A DNA stretch of 64,000 nucleotides, from positions 5,022,001 to 5,086,000 of the forward strand of contig OX597817.1 of the NCBI GenBank assembly GCA_951406725.2, in the 5' to 3' direction. The position numbers and the translations under genes are program-made. A model generated the notes under the pieces. It saw nothing but the letters and a program-made list of their open reading frames with translations. It was not told the DNA's origin and did not search any database. Source of the stretch: Octopus vulgaris. Taxonomy: Eukaryota. Below are positions 40,738-55,461 of the stretch, piece after piece (within the stretch, counting starts at the first letter, position 1; every line of letters begins with the position of its first letter).

Positions 40738-41816
40738 AGTTAATAAAAAACAAAAGTTTACCGTATTTGCAAAGAGTAAATTATTATTAATTTACTTGTA
40801 CACCTCTGAAAGTTAAGTAATATAAGTAAATAAAAATAAATTTCAAATTGCTAGTAATCCTTCATATTTCGCCGGGTTACTACTGAAATTTTATTCATCC
40901 TAGTAACAGCCTTGCAACCGCAGCTGGAAACCACAAGAATAGGACAATGCCGCATTCAGTACGCCAACGCACGTAACAAATTCGCTTACTGACGCAAACA
41001 CGCTTTATAGCTTCGCTTCTACATAGATTTACTTTCCAGAAAATTTCTGTCACTCCACGAAACCCTTAAGTCTAATTATTTTTCGTTAAGAATCACTAGA
41101 ATCGTGATGCTTAGCTTAAATGATAAAGAGACATCCCTCTTAATGAGAAGGTGGTTGTGTATCGCAGATAACATTGATCACGTGAAAGGTAAATACGACG
41201 CTGTCAAACCAGGAATCGGTGAAGTCACTAATTCTACAGTGCGAGCGCTGCTTATAGCAGGAGACTATATTATCCTATGACTGATTAAGAGATTAATCAG
41301 CTCGACTGCTGAAAGTTAAAGATCGTGTCTCATCGATACAACACAGCGTCGGTGAGAGGTAACGAACCGCTGGCTTGACTTGCTCCTCTCTGCTCTCCAC
41401 TTATTTATATACGACGTACTTAACCAGTACACACTTAGCTGCATAGCAAAATGCAGTTAATTACCCAACACACAACTAGCTACCTAAAATAACCATTCTG
41501 TTTCTATACTGTATTCCTTGGAGCTAAAAGATATTAAAGATCTATTATTAACTATGAGGTTTGTTAATTTAATCAATATACCGCAGTGGAGGGCAATGTC
41601 ATTTACGTTCAGAGATTAATTTGCAGATACGCTTTTTTTTTTTATTTATTCAAAATCCAGAATGATATTTCTGTAAGTTATTATGCATTAATATTTAATC
41701 AAAACGAAATGAATCCTAGCGGATTTCATCTCTTTATCTAACGTGTCAAGAGAATGTAAGCCTGAGGAATGCCATCTTTTTCTATTTTGCTGTTAACCAA
41801 AAATATGGAAATCACA

Positions 41817-42034
41817 AGACGCCAGCACAGCTGTGTGGTAGTAATTTTGCATCCCAACAACATGCTTTCGTGTTCACTCCCATTGCATGCCACTCTGGGC
41901 ATGTCTCTTCCACTATGACAACGGGCCGACCAGGGCCTTGTGAATGGATTTGGGGGGCCGAAACTGAAAGAAGTCTGGAACGCATATGCATGTGAGTGTG
42001 TATATGTATGTGTATGGTGTGTGTGAGTGTGTGC

Positions 42035-42065
<31 letters not shown>

Positions 42066-42116
42066 TGTATGTATGCATGTATGTATGTATATATATATAT
42101 GTATATGAGTATATGT

Positions 42117-42176
<60 letters not shown>

Positions 42177-42430
42177 GAGTATATGTATATATGTATGTAC
42201 ATGTATTAGTGTGTATGTCTTCTTCTCTGTGTTTGGCCCCAAAACCGCATGACGAACTTTGTTGGTGTGTTTATGTCCTCGTAAGCCAGTGGTTTCGCCG
42301 AGGAGACCGATAGAATTTACACCAAGCTTGTAAAATATAAGTTCTGAGGTCGATTCCTTCGATAGAATTCTTCAAGGAAATACTCTAGTATCGTCACAGT
42401 CTAGTGACTAAAATGTAAAAGATAAATGAT
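41817..42430 (+). mobile_element. SINE A, diverged, with expanded microsatellite
   Basis: gctgtgtggtag head; gaccgatagaa...ggtcgatt...cagtctagtgactaaaatgtaaaaga tail. Confidence 0.8.
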
Positions 42431-42719
42431 AAGTTATTGATCAGTGCCAGTTCGGTGCCCCTTAAGGATACTTATGATCAAAGGAATGACTTATACTTTC
42501 ATCCTGTCATACTTATCTAACGATATATCATTAATGTACACCTATTTCCTTTAGGGATAATTAGATGGCGTTTTGGTTGCTATTTCGATTAAAAGTCCCA
42601 TGTTACAAGTAACTACGCGAAAAATGTAAATGTACAGCAGATTGAAGCTGGTAAGTTTTAATACAACACTGAGTTTCTCGAACCGAATATCATAATAACC
42701 GAAAATCATAATATTGTTA

Positions 42720-42966
42720 GTTTCAAATTTTGGCACAAAACTTCATTATTATTACAAGATCAGTGATATCGGAGAATGGGCTAAGTCCATTGCATCGACT
42801 CCAGTGTCAACTGGTACATATTTTATAGTTTTCTAAGATGATCAAAGGTTAAGTCGACTTTGGAACTAAGAACGTAAACGCGGAAGAAATGTTCAAGGCA
42901 TTTCGTCCGGGATGCTAATGATTCTGCTAGCTCGGCGCCTTACACCAACACTAAGGATAATGATGG

Positions 42967-43015
<49 letters not shown>

Positions 43016-43019
43016 GATG

Positions 43020-43055
<36 letters not shown>

Positions 43056-43617
43056 GCCCTGATGCAGTACCAGGCAGTGGCACTCGTGGCTTCTTATTTT
43101 AACTGATTGGAAGTGTTATCATGTACACTGTTTTGTCTTGGTATAAAAGATGGGCTACAGCAAATATTCTGCTCAATACCACAGATTTGCTTGTCAGTTG
43201 TTTGACCTTAACCAGTTGAGCATGTCCCTTAGTGGATGACAATATGTGCATTTCTGATCACGAACAGAAGTAGTGAGGGAGTATTATAACCATGTGTCGA
43301 GAGGGATTCTTTGGTGTTTGAATAATTCCCCTCTGGAAACATGGGTGTTTCGTTCAACATCCTTAAATAACCCTTATTCAGGGACCTTTTGAGCGGGATG
43401 GTTTACTCAACGAAAAGAAAATTCTAACTGGGCCCCACCTACTAGGGCATGCGCTGTTTATCTTGATATGAGATCAGCATGTCGCGCACATATGGTTGTG
43501 ATGCATGTGCCTAGTGTACCCTTATCTAACGGTTAGTCATGATGGGTATACTGGGCTTCGTATATTTTACTCCAGTGTTACTTTGATGGCATGCACTGCT
43601 CTCTCAATCAATCAATC

Positions 43618-43672
<55 letters not shown>

Positions 43673-45020
43673 TGATGATGATGATGATGATGATGATCCT
43701 TTCTACTCTAGGCACAAAACCTGAAATTTGTGGGGAGGGGACTAGTCGATTACATCGACCCCAATGTTTCACTGGTACTTAATTTATCGACCACGAAAGG
43801 ATGAAAGGCAAAGTCAACTTCGACAGAGTTTGAATTCAGAATGAAGCGGCAGACGAAATACTGCTAAACAATTTGCCCGGCGTGCTAACGATTCTGATAG
43901 TTGCTGACTTAACAGCAGCAACAACAACAACAACAACAATAGTAATTATGTTTTCTTTATTAACAAGGAAGGGTTCACAAACAACAGTAGGCTCAATAAA
44001 GAACAATACAATGTGGGATTGCATAATTTCAATCGTGTCAATAGCAAAAATAAGAAAGATAATATAGATTTTGATGCGAAAAATTCCCCAGAAGAGGGGG
44101 ATTTCCAAGGGCTGTTCGTGTAAACTCCACAAAACCACGGTCGCTTTCACTACTGGGACAAGGACAATCTCCACAACGTCTTTCAATCTACAGGCACATG
44201 TTAAGAGTAGACACGCTTACTCTGTTCATTGTTGCCGCACTCACCTACCTTACAATAAAATTTTTTAGGAGGCAGCCGAATATGGCATCCCGTGTTTTAG
44301 CAGCTGTTATAGGTCTTTCGTAACGCTGCGCCTCCATTGCTGCGAGTCGTGTGACGCGCCGTCGGAGTAGGGGCTGAAAACCATCCTACGTTCCGGACTG
44401 TCGTTCGTCCCAAACAGTTCAGCGGAATGCTGCTGAAACGTCGCACCCATCATGTGTCCATTTTGGCACATCACTGACCAAATTGTAGTTTTGTTGCCAT
44501 GTTGCATCCCTGTCACACGAGCACATCAAGCGGCTTTGTTCCCTTGTTTCTTAGAGCATAGTCATACCTTAAAATATTTAGTTTCATCTAGACAATGAAC
44601 CGAATCGTTACTACGCCAGACAAAATGCTTAGCGGCTCGTCAACCAACTTTACGTTCTGAGTTCAAATTCCGCCGAGGTTGACTTTTCTTTTCACCCTCT
44701 CATGGACGACAACATAAATACCAATTGAACAATAGGGTCAGTATTTAATCGAATTAGCCCCGTCCCTGAAATTCCTGGAGTTATGCAAAAATTTGAAATC
44801 AATATTTACTTTCATCTATGCTGCAAGCTAGCAGAATCGTTACTGCGCCGGGCAAAATATTTAGCAGCATTTTGTCTGCTTTGGGTTCAAATTCAGCCGA
44901 AGTCAACTTTACCTTTCGTCCTTTCGAAGAGGATAATATAAATGCTAGTCGAGCACTGGGATATAATTGACTTACTCCTCCCCCGAAATTACTGGAATTA
45001 TGCCAAAATTTAAAACAAAT
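42720..45020. mobile_element. Cluster of diverged SINE B copies (42720-42940 -, 43698-43900 -, 44600-44798 +, 44822-45020 +)
   Basis: Each retains part of gttcaaattc.gccga.gt..acttt..ctttc or its reverse complement. Confidence 0.75.
43050..43617 (+). mobile_element. Non-coding repeat embedded in (TAA)n, copy 2
   Basis: Homologous to 9110-9598 with about 90 extra nt at the left end. Confidence 0.88.
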
Positions 45021-45701
45021 ATTTAATTTCATTTTGTAAGTTCAAATCCCGTTTCATCTATTGCGCCTTTCTTCAATCTGACCACAACAGAATAATTACC
45101 AGTGTAGTATTGCGATAGGTGAAGTTGACAGTACTTTTCCCCTCAAAATACATGACCTGGGAATGTTAGAAATTCTTACTCTCAGTGCGACGCTATATCT
45201 TACAGGGTCCTGGACTGTCTTATCTTTGCTACCTAAGTTTTTTTTTTTTACTTGCCTTTTTCTTTTTTACGTTAGACAGTGTTGAGTGAGAGTTATTTTC
45301 CTTTTGAAGCTTAGCAGATCTCGTGTTAAAAGCTCAAGTGGTAAATTAAAACGTTTGTCGACAGCTGGGAAGCTGGATGTTATTTTCTTCAGTTGAAAAT
45401 ATTTACAAAGATATATCTTACTTAACTAAGCAGCCCAACAAACCGCACTACTAATACCAGCGACGGTACGATCAATCCCCTACCCATTAGCACCTATACC
45501 TAACATCCAGGTCTGCCCCCGCTTTAATGGCGACATTAAACCAAAACAAATGTTATAAGAATCAGGCAGAACTGTCGAAAAAAAAATATACATTAACCGG
45601 ATGCTCTGTCTGATATCGTTGTGTTCGTAATTGTTGCTATGATTGCATGGATGTGTAGCAGCGGCAGCCACAATAGCACAGCAGCAAAACAGTGGTGGCG
45701 A

Positions 45702-46540
<839 letters not shown>

Positions 46541-46920
46541 CTATTCTTCTTGCTTATCCTGCTTCAGCTACTGTGTTCTTTGCCAGTTGTGTCCTAAACG
46601 AAAGCATAACGTTAGAAACAATATTCCTTCGGTTGTGGTTGATCTTGCTGTGACTGTAGCTGCTCTTGTCGTTTTCCTTCAGTGCTACCCTGATTGAACA
46701 CCCTTTATTGTTTTGTTTTTTTAAGGCAATGTCTATCTAAAGAGTGCCATACCCTATGTATCGTACATCTTTTAAAACAGTCACGGTTGGCTTTGGCATT
46801 TTTAACAGGATGAACAATTGCGTAAATGATTCCATTAAATTTGACTTAGCTCTGGAATTAGTTGTTGACAGGTTTTCTTTTTTATGTACTTATATCTTTA
46901 TTGCTGTTTAACTCTAAATT

Positions 46921-47225
46921 GAATATTTGCAGCGTGGAAGGTGCTTGTAAGCCATTTAAAAACACACACAAAGTAAACGTTAGATTCACTTCATTTAAAT
47001 TTATTTTTGTCAAATATTTGCGTTGCTCTGAAACCACGACTTGTCCACTGAATAAACATTGTACGAAGATTTGTCAGTGAACAGGTCACGATTTTAAATG
47101 TTGAAGTGAATCTAACGGTGTTTTGTGTGTTTTTAAATGGCTTATAAATACCTTCCGCGCTACAATTGTTTTTGTTTCAGCACACGATCCCAGATCAAGT
47201 CACTTGCTATGCAAGTACATCTCCG
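46921..47225. mobile_element. Foldback mini-element between 12-bp direct repeats
   Basis: Arms ~46928-47000 and ~47094-47164, inner stem ~47037-47051/47074-47090; taactctaaatt at 46909-46920 and 47226-47237. Confidence 0.85.
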
Positions 47226-47264
47226 TAACTCTAAATTAATTCTCACCGATCAAATTTTATCCAT

Positions 47265-47569
47265 TCTCTTTACCTTTTTCGTGTTCCAGTTATTGCATTG
47301 TGGCCATGCAGAGGCACTACTTTCAAGGGGTTAGCTGAATAAATCGACCCGAGTACTTAGGATCTTAGTCTGGTGTGTATTCTACCGTTCTCTTTTGCTG
47401 AAACGCTAGCTTACGGGGACAACAACGAACCAAAATCTGTTGCCCAGTGATAATGGAGTACTGACACATACACAATAATACATAGTTTTACATACATGCA
47501 TATATTGATATGTGTGTGTGAGTATATATATATGTATATACATGCGTGTATATGCATATATATGCATGT

Positions 47570-47627
<58 letters not shown>

Positions 47628-47726
47628 GTGTGTGTGTGTGTATGTATATAGATATAGATATATGTGCATATACATGTATATGTATATATATGCGCATATA
47701 CGTATATTTATGTATATCTATATATA

Positions 47727-47762
<36 letters not shown>

Positions 47763-47985
47763 CATTTATGTATATATATGAGTGTTGGTAAGTATGATTG
47801 TGTGTATGTATGTACACACTAACACACGCACAAAAACGAGTGCACAACGATTTTCCTACGATTTTCTGCCTACCAAATAGTTGGCCAGCCCAGTGTTATA
47901 TTAGAAGAAACTTGCTGAAGGTGCTGGATATTGGGACTAAACTTGATACCATGCGGTTTCAAACACGTTCAGTAACCACATTCAT
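47265..47985 (-). mobile_element. SINE A, diverged, with ~350-bp internal microsatellite
   Basis: aaatcgaccc.agtactta...ttacggggac...ctgcctaccaaat...gggactaaac...accatgcggtt. Confidence 0.75.
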
Positions 47986-48038
47986 ATGCCCGTTCCTATA
48001 TTTAGGCATATCTCTTTCTCTCTCACTCTTTCTCTTCT

Positions 48039-48267
48039 TATTTCTTTACTGCCCACAAGAGGCTACACACAGAGGGGACAAACAAGGACAGACAGACGGA
48101 TTAAGTCGATTACATCGACCCCAGTGCGTAACTGGTACTTAATTTATCGACCCCGAAAGGATGAAAGGCAAAGTCGACCTCGGCGGAATTTGAACTCAGA
48201 ACGTAACGGCAGACGAAATACGGCTACACATTTCGTCCGGCGTGCTAACGTTTCTGCCAGCTCGCCA
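48039..48267 (-). mobile_element. SINE B, full length
   Basis: Reverse complement of 37102-37332. Confidence 0.93.
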
Positions 48268-48626
48268 CTCTTTCTCTCCTTGTCTCCATCTCTCTACGCG
48301 TCGGAGCTTATGTGGTAGGATGATCACTTGTATGACATTTCCTTTTTCTTTGTTATTGTATCAACTGTGTGTGATTTGAGAGAGACATGGTTAACGATCT
48401 TAGCAATTGTATAATGATGTAGAGGTTTCTGTACATGCTCTGCTAGTAGCTTCTTCGTTGACTCGAGGGAACTTTTCTTCCTTTTGTTATGATTGTTGTT
48501 CTCATTTCATTCCATTAATGTTTATCAAATATTTTTTTCTGTCTCCCTATCATTAAATTCATTGTTGGAGATGGAAACAATTTTCTGAACGTTCAGTTGC
48601 AGTCTCTTACTTTTTTCGAATAAAAC

Positions 48627-48702
<76 letters not shown>

Positions 48703-48706
48703 TGAT

Positions 48707-48819
<113 letters not shown>

Positions 48820-49864
48820 CAAAATTGAATAGAAAAGCAAAAGAAATGAAAAACAGAACTAAATGACAAACAAGCGTTCTGATGCGTAAACAAACGAGCC
48901 CTGTCGATAAGAACGTATGCCACAACGACGCCAGTGCTAATATATACAATGGATAAATATAGCGTATATAATTGCTATATAAATTAAATGCACCGGGTCA
49001 AAAAACTTATTGACATATCGAAGGAGTCATTTTATTTACATTTGTTATTCAAAATATTTGCTCATTTTAAGTACACACTCACACAATCACGCACGCAAAC
49101 ACATACACATTACTCAACGATATGTAATACATTTTCGTGTCGGTGTGTTTGCGTGTTCTTTAATCGTAACCGAGATTTCAAAGGATTGAAGTAAAGAGGC
49201 AGCATTCCTGTATGTAACCAAATAACATTCGTGAAAACAGAGAACACCGTTAGGAAACGTTTAACATCCAGTCAATTGCTATACGATAAACACACACTTA
49301 TTTTCATATATTTACTCCCATATGTGTAAAATACACTCAAGAAAGTATTGTCTTGTAGGCAGAATATGTTGCAAGTAAATTTATGCATACATAGAGCACG
49401 AAAACCAAATATATAATCTCGAATAGAAGGAAAACAAATCAGATGTAATCATATATATATATATATATGGTTCAGATGTACAGATACAATCAGGCGACGG
49501 AATATGAAGTATCAGGCCATCCCATGAGTTCTGTCACAATTTTGAATAAAGAAAACAAGTAATCAAATGTAATATTTAATTGAAATTTAATCATCAATGT
49601 ACTTTCCCTGATTATCTATGACTTCCTCCATCTATTTACAAGCTTTTTATTTCCATCAATGTAAAACTATTTTGGTTTCAAAGCGTAGAACTCTGAAATA
49701 TTAGTTTCGACCTCCTCCTGGCTTGCGAAAGTTATGTCCCCCTAATGATTCTGTAAACTACGAAACAAATGGTAGTCTGAAGTAGTAAGGTCAGGAGAAT
49801 AAGACGGAAGAAGATGTTTTTCCCAACCAAGCTCTTCGGTCTTCTGTGATGTGATCTTTGCAGT

Positions 49865-50090
49865 GTATGTATGTAAAGTTTGTGTGTCTGTCGTTTTCCA
49901 AGCATCGCTTGACAGCCTAAGCTGTTGTGTTTACGTGTCCGTAACCGCGCGGTGCGGTAGATGAGACCGATAGAATAAGTACTAGGCTTACAAAGAATAA
50001 GTCCTGGGGTCGAATTGTTCGACTAAAGATACGGTGGTCCAACATAGCCGCAGTCAAATGACTCAAACAAATATAAGAATAAAACAATAT
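49865..50090 (+). mobile_element. SINE A 3' half
   Basis: gagaccgatagaataagtactaggcttacaaagaataagtcctggggtcga. Confidence 0.88.
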
Positions 50091-50126
50091 ATATATCTGT
50101 CTATATTTATTTGTATATATAGATGT

Positions 50127-50170
<44 letters not shown>

Positions 50171-50171
50171 A

Positions 50172-50472
50172 GGTACATTGCGACACAATTTCTTTTCCTC
50201 AACAAGCCCCACCCAGTTAAACATTGTCCCTGAACTGATTAATGAAGACAAGCATCCCATCACCTTTAAATGTAGTCTGGACAAATTTCTTCAAGGAATA
50301 CCAGATAAGCCACCCGTACCTGGATACAACTCACTCAACAAGAACTCATTACGAATGAACCATGATACTACAAAACTTGACTTAAAAAAGAAATTAGATA
50401 ATCCTATCACTTGGTGCTTATTAAGTTAGACGTGGCCTGGACCAATCTTTAGTCGAAATAGATCTAAGATTT
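50172..50472 (+). mobile_element. CR1-type LINE 3' fragment in (TA)n
   Basis: TLRHNFFSSTSP...FKCSLDKFLQGIPDKPPVPGYNSLNKNSL; homologous to 53058-53746. Confidence 0.88.
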
Positions 50473-50494
50473 TATATATAAATATATATATATT

Positions 50495-50670
50495 GGGAGA
50501 GTTTATGAAAAAAAAACAAAAGACGAAGACAGATAGTGTACAAAACAAACAGATGTATTAGTATAACGCTCAGGAATAGAAAAAGTCTTTTACATTTCGA
50601 AAAAGGACACAGAAAAAACAAGGAGAGAAAAAAATGTGTGTAGTGGCTAACGATCTACCATGGCGACTGT
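50495..50670 (-). mobile_element. Family C mini-element with HHR core deleted
   Basis: cttttacatttcga joins directly to aaaaggacac; about 17 nt (core and stem II) missing relative to 24329-24364. Confidence 0.8.
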
Positions 50671-50683
50671 ATATATATATTTG

Positions 50684-50719
<36 letters not shown>

Positions 50720-50923
50720 GTTGTATATAAATATATTGGTGTGTGCGTGTGTGTGTATGTGAGGGTGCATATATATATATATGTGGAGAGAGAGGGGGAG
50801 AGTGAGAGAGAGAGTAAAGTGACTAAGGGTGCAAATCAGCACCAACATTGCTAGAAATAAGTCAAAATTAACTGCTAGCCACCGGCAAAGCACTTATCTA
50901 TTGACTGACAAGGGAGACCAATA

Positions 50924-51032
<109 letters not shown>

Positions 51033-51552
51033 ATCGCATAGATGTATTCATGCATATAGAGATATCTGTGCGCCTGTGCATGTTGATATATTAACGTTCG
51101 CAATACTGACCAAGTATACTTGAAATAAGGGATGAGTTCTCTATTTTCATTATCATCTCACATTCCAAACATGATATACTGGCAAAATTTCCTTTCTTGT
51201 TTTAAATTATAGACTAGCTTCAAGCTCAGCGCAAATAATTTAACGCAGCAGTATTCTGCGGCAATATAACACATTTGCATTGAGTATATATTATGAAATT
51301 CAAACAACTGCTGGGCACATTTCATGAGGTTACATTTCAGAATTAAAGATATACTAGCGTGGCCCGTGAAGTTTTCACCCAATTAATAGTATACTTTCCG
51401 GGTTATTTCTGAAACTTTATTCAAAACACCTGAAAGCATAGCCTGTGTTGTGTCTTTATCAAAAGATAGTTTGTCTTATGCTTATCATTGAAAAGCGAAG
51501 GAAATTGGAATACATCGACTTCATAATGCACTTTATATATAAGCTTTATATA

Positions 51553-51782
51553 AGGCGGCGAGCTGGCAGAAACGTTAGCACGCCGGGCGAAATGCGTAGC
51601 CGTATTTCGTCTGCCGTTACGTTCTGAGTTCAAATTCCGTCGAGGTCGACTTTGCCTTTCATCCATTCGGGTTCGATAAATTAAGTACCAGTTACACACT
51701 AGGGTCGATGTAATCTGCTTATACCTTTGTCTGTCCTTGTTCGTCCCCTCTATGTTTAGCCGCTTGTGGGTAATAAAGAAAT
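51553..51782 (+). mobile_element. SINE B, full length
   Basis: As 37102-37332. Confidence 0.93.
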
Positions 51783-52700
51783 ATATATATACGCTTTATA
51801 TACTTTATGCACAATCTTATAGATTTAATACACAACACTCTCTCTCTCTCTCTCTCTCTTCACTTTCCTTTTCTCTCTTTCTTTTCTTTCGCTCTGCACC
51901 TTTCCCTAATCACATGAAAGCATTACAGACAGGCTAAGTAACGGAGGAAAAAACTTAGTTTAAAAAAATAAATTACAAATTTCACTCACCACCACTTCTC
52001 CCTCCCTTCCCAACTCCCCTCTCCCCTTCCCCTTTCTATCACTTCCCTCCCCTTCAACTAATCATGTGGAAGCGTTAAAAATGGGATAAATAATGGAAGA
52101 ACAAACAGAATTATTATAAGATGATTGCAGCCACTTCAGTCTAACTCACCCGACAAATAGTATACAGAAAGAAGCTGAACCTATATAAATGTCAGTTTCG
52201 AAAAACAGTAAAAGTGTAAATTATATTGCTTTGTTGATGATAGTGCAAGTGTTGCATATTTGAAAATTCAATTCTTAATTTTTAGAAAGGAAATAGATCT
52301 GATTTATAATCGCTTTTCGTAAACTATTTTCCAAGTCTGGTTTCGGCATTTATATTTCAGTTCTGTCTTCATCATAGTTTGGTCGCAATTCTGCGAAATT
52401 TAGTTCTGGACAAAGAGAAAGAAACATGGAGATTCAGTTTCAATATATAATTTACTCTCTTTATTTCATTATGCTTTGTTTTGTTGACGAACTGAAAAAT
52501 GAAACACTTTAATGTACAAATGCATACCTACATATGCAGCCAGGCACGTACGTATAAATCTCATTCGCCATACATTCGATATGTGAGTGTGTGTGTGTGT
52601 GTGTCTTTGTATGTTTGTATATATTTTTGTATGTGCGTATGTATTGTAATAGATAGATAGATAGAGATAGATAGATAGATAGATAGACAGATAGGTAGAC

Positions 52701-52731
<31 letters not shown>

Positions 52732-52744
52732 CAGATAGATAGAC

Positions 52745-52829
<85 letters not shown>

Positions 52830-53003
52830 TTCTCCACATTGACACCAGACCTACTTCTACCCGTACCATATTACCATTTGTGCTTAATTACCGTTTCGGA
52901 TGGTTTTGGATTAATAATTGAATTATAATGAAGATCTTTATTAAGGCAAGTGTGTGTCTGTGTACATACATGCATATATACATACATACATACATATATA
53001 TAC

Positions 53004-53057
<54 letters not shown>

Positions 53058-53058
<1 letters not shown>

Positions 53059-53746
53059 AACTTAGGTATGTTTCGACCAAAGATTGGTCCAGGCCATGTC
53101 TAATTTAATAGCACCACTTGATAGGATTATTCGAATCCTGTTTAAGTCAAGTTTTGTTTATGGTCCATTCAAGTAGTGAGTTCTTGTTGGGTGAGTTGTA
53201 TCCAATTATGGGTGGCTTATCTGGTATTCTTTGAAGAAATCTATCCAGACTCCGTTTAAAGTTGATGGGATCCTTTTCCTCTTTGATATCTTTCAGGACA
53301 ATGTTAAATAGGGCAGGGCCTGTTGAGGAAAAGAAATTATGTTGCAGTGTACATGTATGCTGTGATCTTGAATTGGGCAGGGGACGTATGGCCCGTGGCC
53401 CCAGTCTTGGATGAACCTTGAAGCTAATGTTCAGGTCGTTTGGGCAAAGTTGACGGTATATTCTCCACATCGTACAAATGATGTACCGCTCACAGCGACG
53501 CTGGAGAGAGTAGAGTTTCAAGGTTTTAAGGCGATCCCAATAATCGATAGCAGCCATGCCTTCAATTCGTTTAGTGAGTGCCCTCTGGGGTGACTCAATC
53601 CTCGAGATGTTTTGTCTTGTATGGGGAGACCACAGTGGGCAGCAGTATTCGAGGTGTGGCCGTACAAAGGAGGAGAAAAGTGGTATGATGACACCTTGTT
53701 CTCTGGACCGGAAAGTTCTTAAGATCCAGGAACTCATCCTACGAGC
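53058..53746 (-). mobile_element. CR1-type LINE, 5'-truncated (ORF2 C-terminal 196 aa still open)
   Basis: WILRTF...FVRPHLEYCCPLWSPH....I.RIESPQRALTKRI..M..IDYWDRLKTLKLYSLQRR; 3' UTR ends ctaagttt; (TA)n on both sides. Confidence 0.93.
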
Positions 53747-53748
53747 TA

Positions 53749-53783
<35 letters not shown>

Positions 53784-53793
53784 TATATTATAT

Positions 53794-53850
<57 letters not shown>

Positions 53851-54418
53851 AATAAATATATATATATGTATATATATATATATAAATAAAATAAAAAATA
53901 CAGAGTTTTGGCACGTATGTTCATGGAAATTCCAAACGAGCAAATATTTCAAAAATGTTTTCTACATGTTGCAAGTAGGGCGCGTGGCAATAAGACACAA
54001 TATCTTCTTTAAACAATAGTCAAGATTCTGGAAAGCTTGAATAAATAAAAACAAACATACCACAGATATATATTTAAAGTTCAGTGCATTTCCATCCCGA
54101 TACGATGAGGAATGAGTGCGGGATTGCATCGTTCTCTGTCGCTCTCTCTCTCTCTTTACCTCTCAGTCATACCCATATACGTACATTTGTGCGTATATAT
54201 ATATATATATATAAAGAGAGAGACAGACAGACTGACAGAGATATAATACAATTGTACATATATATATACATATATATATTTATATGCATGCATACATTTA
54301 CGTATATATATATATTTATATTTATATGCATACATTTATTTATATATATATATATATATACATATATATTTATATACATACATAAATATATATATATATA
54401 TATATATATGAATACATT

Positions 54419-54449
<31 letters not shown>

Positions 54450-54518
54450 TAATTGATATACATACATTTATGTGTATATATATTTACACACATTCACCTA
54501 TATACACAAATATATGTA

Positions 54519-54569
<51 letters not shown>

Positions 54570-54915
54570 ACATATATATATATATGTATATATCTATATC
54601 TATGTATATATTTATATAAATATGTATGGACGTTTCTATGTATGTAATTCGCGTCGCTAATTTATAACTCTCAGTGTTGAGATGTCTCTTGATAGATATC
54701 AACTGCTGAAGTAAACACGGAAAACATAATTTTTCCCCCCAGGTTATAAAAGTGTTATATAATTGTTTTAAACTTAATGTCTTCCATATGTCTATTTATG
54801 TTAAATAGCTATTTCCTTCTCCCACCCGTACAAGACATTCTGACCCCCTGAGATATACTGTGTATAATCTATCATCTTGTCTCTATCTATCTGAGGGGAT
54901 GTTTATAAATACATG

Positions 54916-54950
<35 letters not shown>

Positions 54951-55012
54951 GATATGCGTGTATGCATGTACATTTATGTACACGCATACACACACACACG
55001 CACAGATTTGTG

Positions 55013-55061
<49 letters not shown>

Positions 55062-55071
55062 CAAGTAAAGA

Positions 55072-55150
55072 TTGAGGAGATTCATCTTATAATGATTTTA
55101 ATTTTATAAATGAATTATTTAAATGTTACTGAATCGAAACAGCTGTCAGA
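55072..55150 (+). ncRNA. Partial hammerhead motif with long stem II
   Basis: TTGAGGA-gattca..AT-rich..tgaatc-GAAA-CAGCTG-TC-aga; palindromic ACAGCTGT stem III; 5' strand of stem I missing. Confidence 0.6.
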
Positions 55151-55214
55151 GATGTTGTCATATTATATAATTAATAAATAATATGTTATTAATTACCGCC
55201 CTATTATTAATTAC

Positions 55215-55430
55215 TCTGTTACTGTTTTACTTGTTTCACTCACTTAACGGCGACCATACTGGAGTACCGCCTTTGCTCGAAGAAATCGACCCAGGACTTA
55301 TTCTTTATAAGCCTAGTACTTTATCTGTCTGATTTTGCAGTACCGCTAATTTTGGGGGACATAAACAGAGCAGCATCGGTTGTCAAGCGATGGTGAATGG
55401 ACAAACACAGACACGCTAATACTTGTAAAC

Positions 55431-55461
<31 letters not shown>

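Noticed and set aside
44280-44560. GC-richer island with a 69-aa minus ORF as an exon
   Set aside because: No convincing splice sites; the W...V.KDL ending resembles a decayed RTE-type LINE, too weak to annotate.
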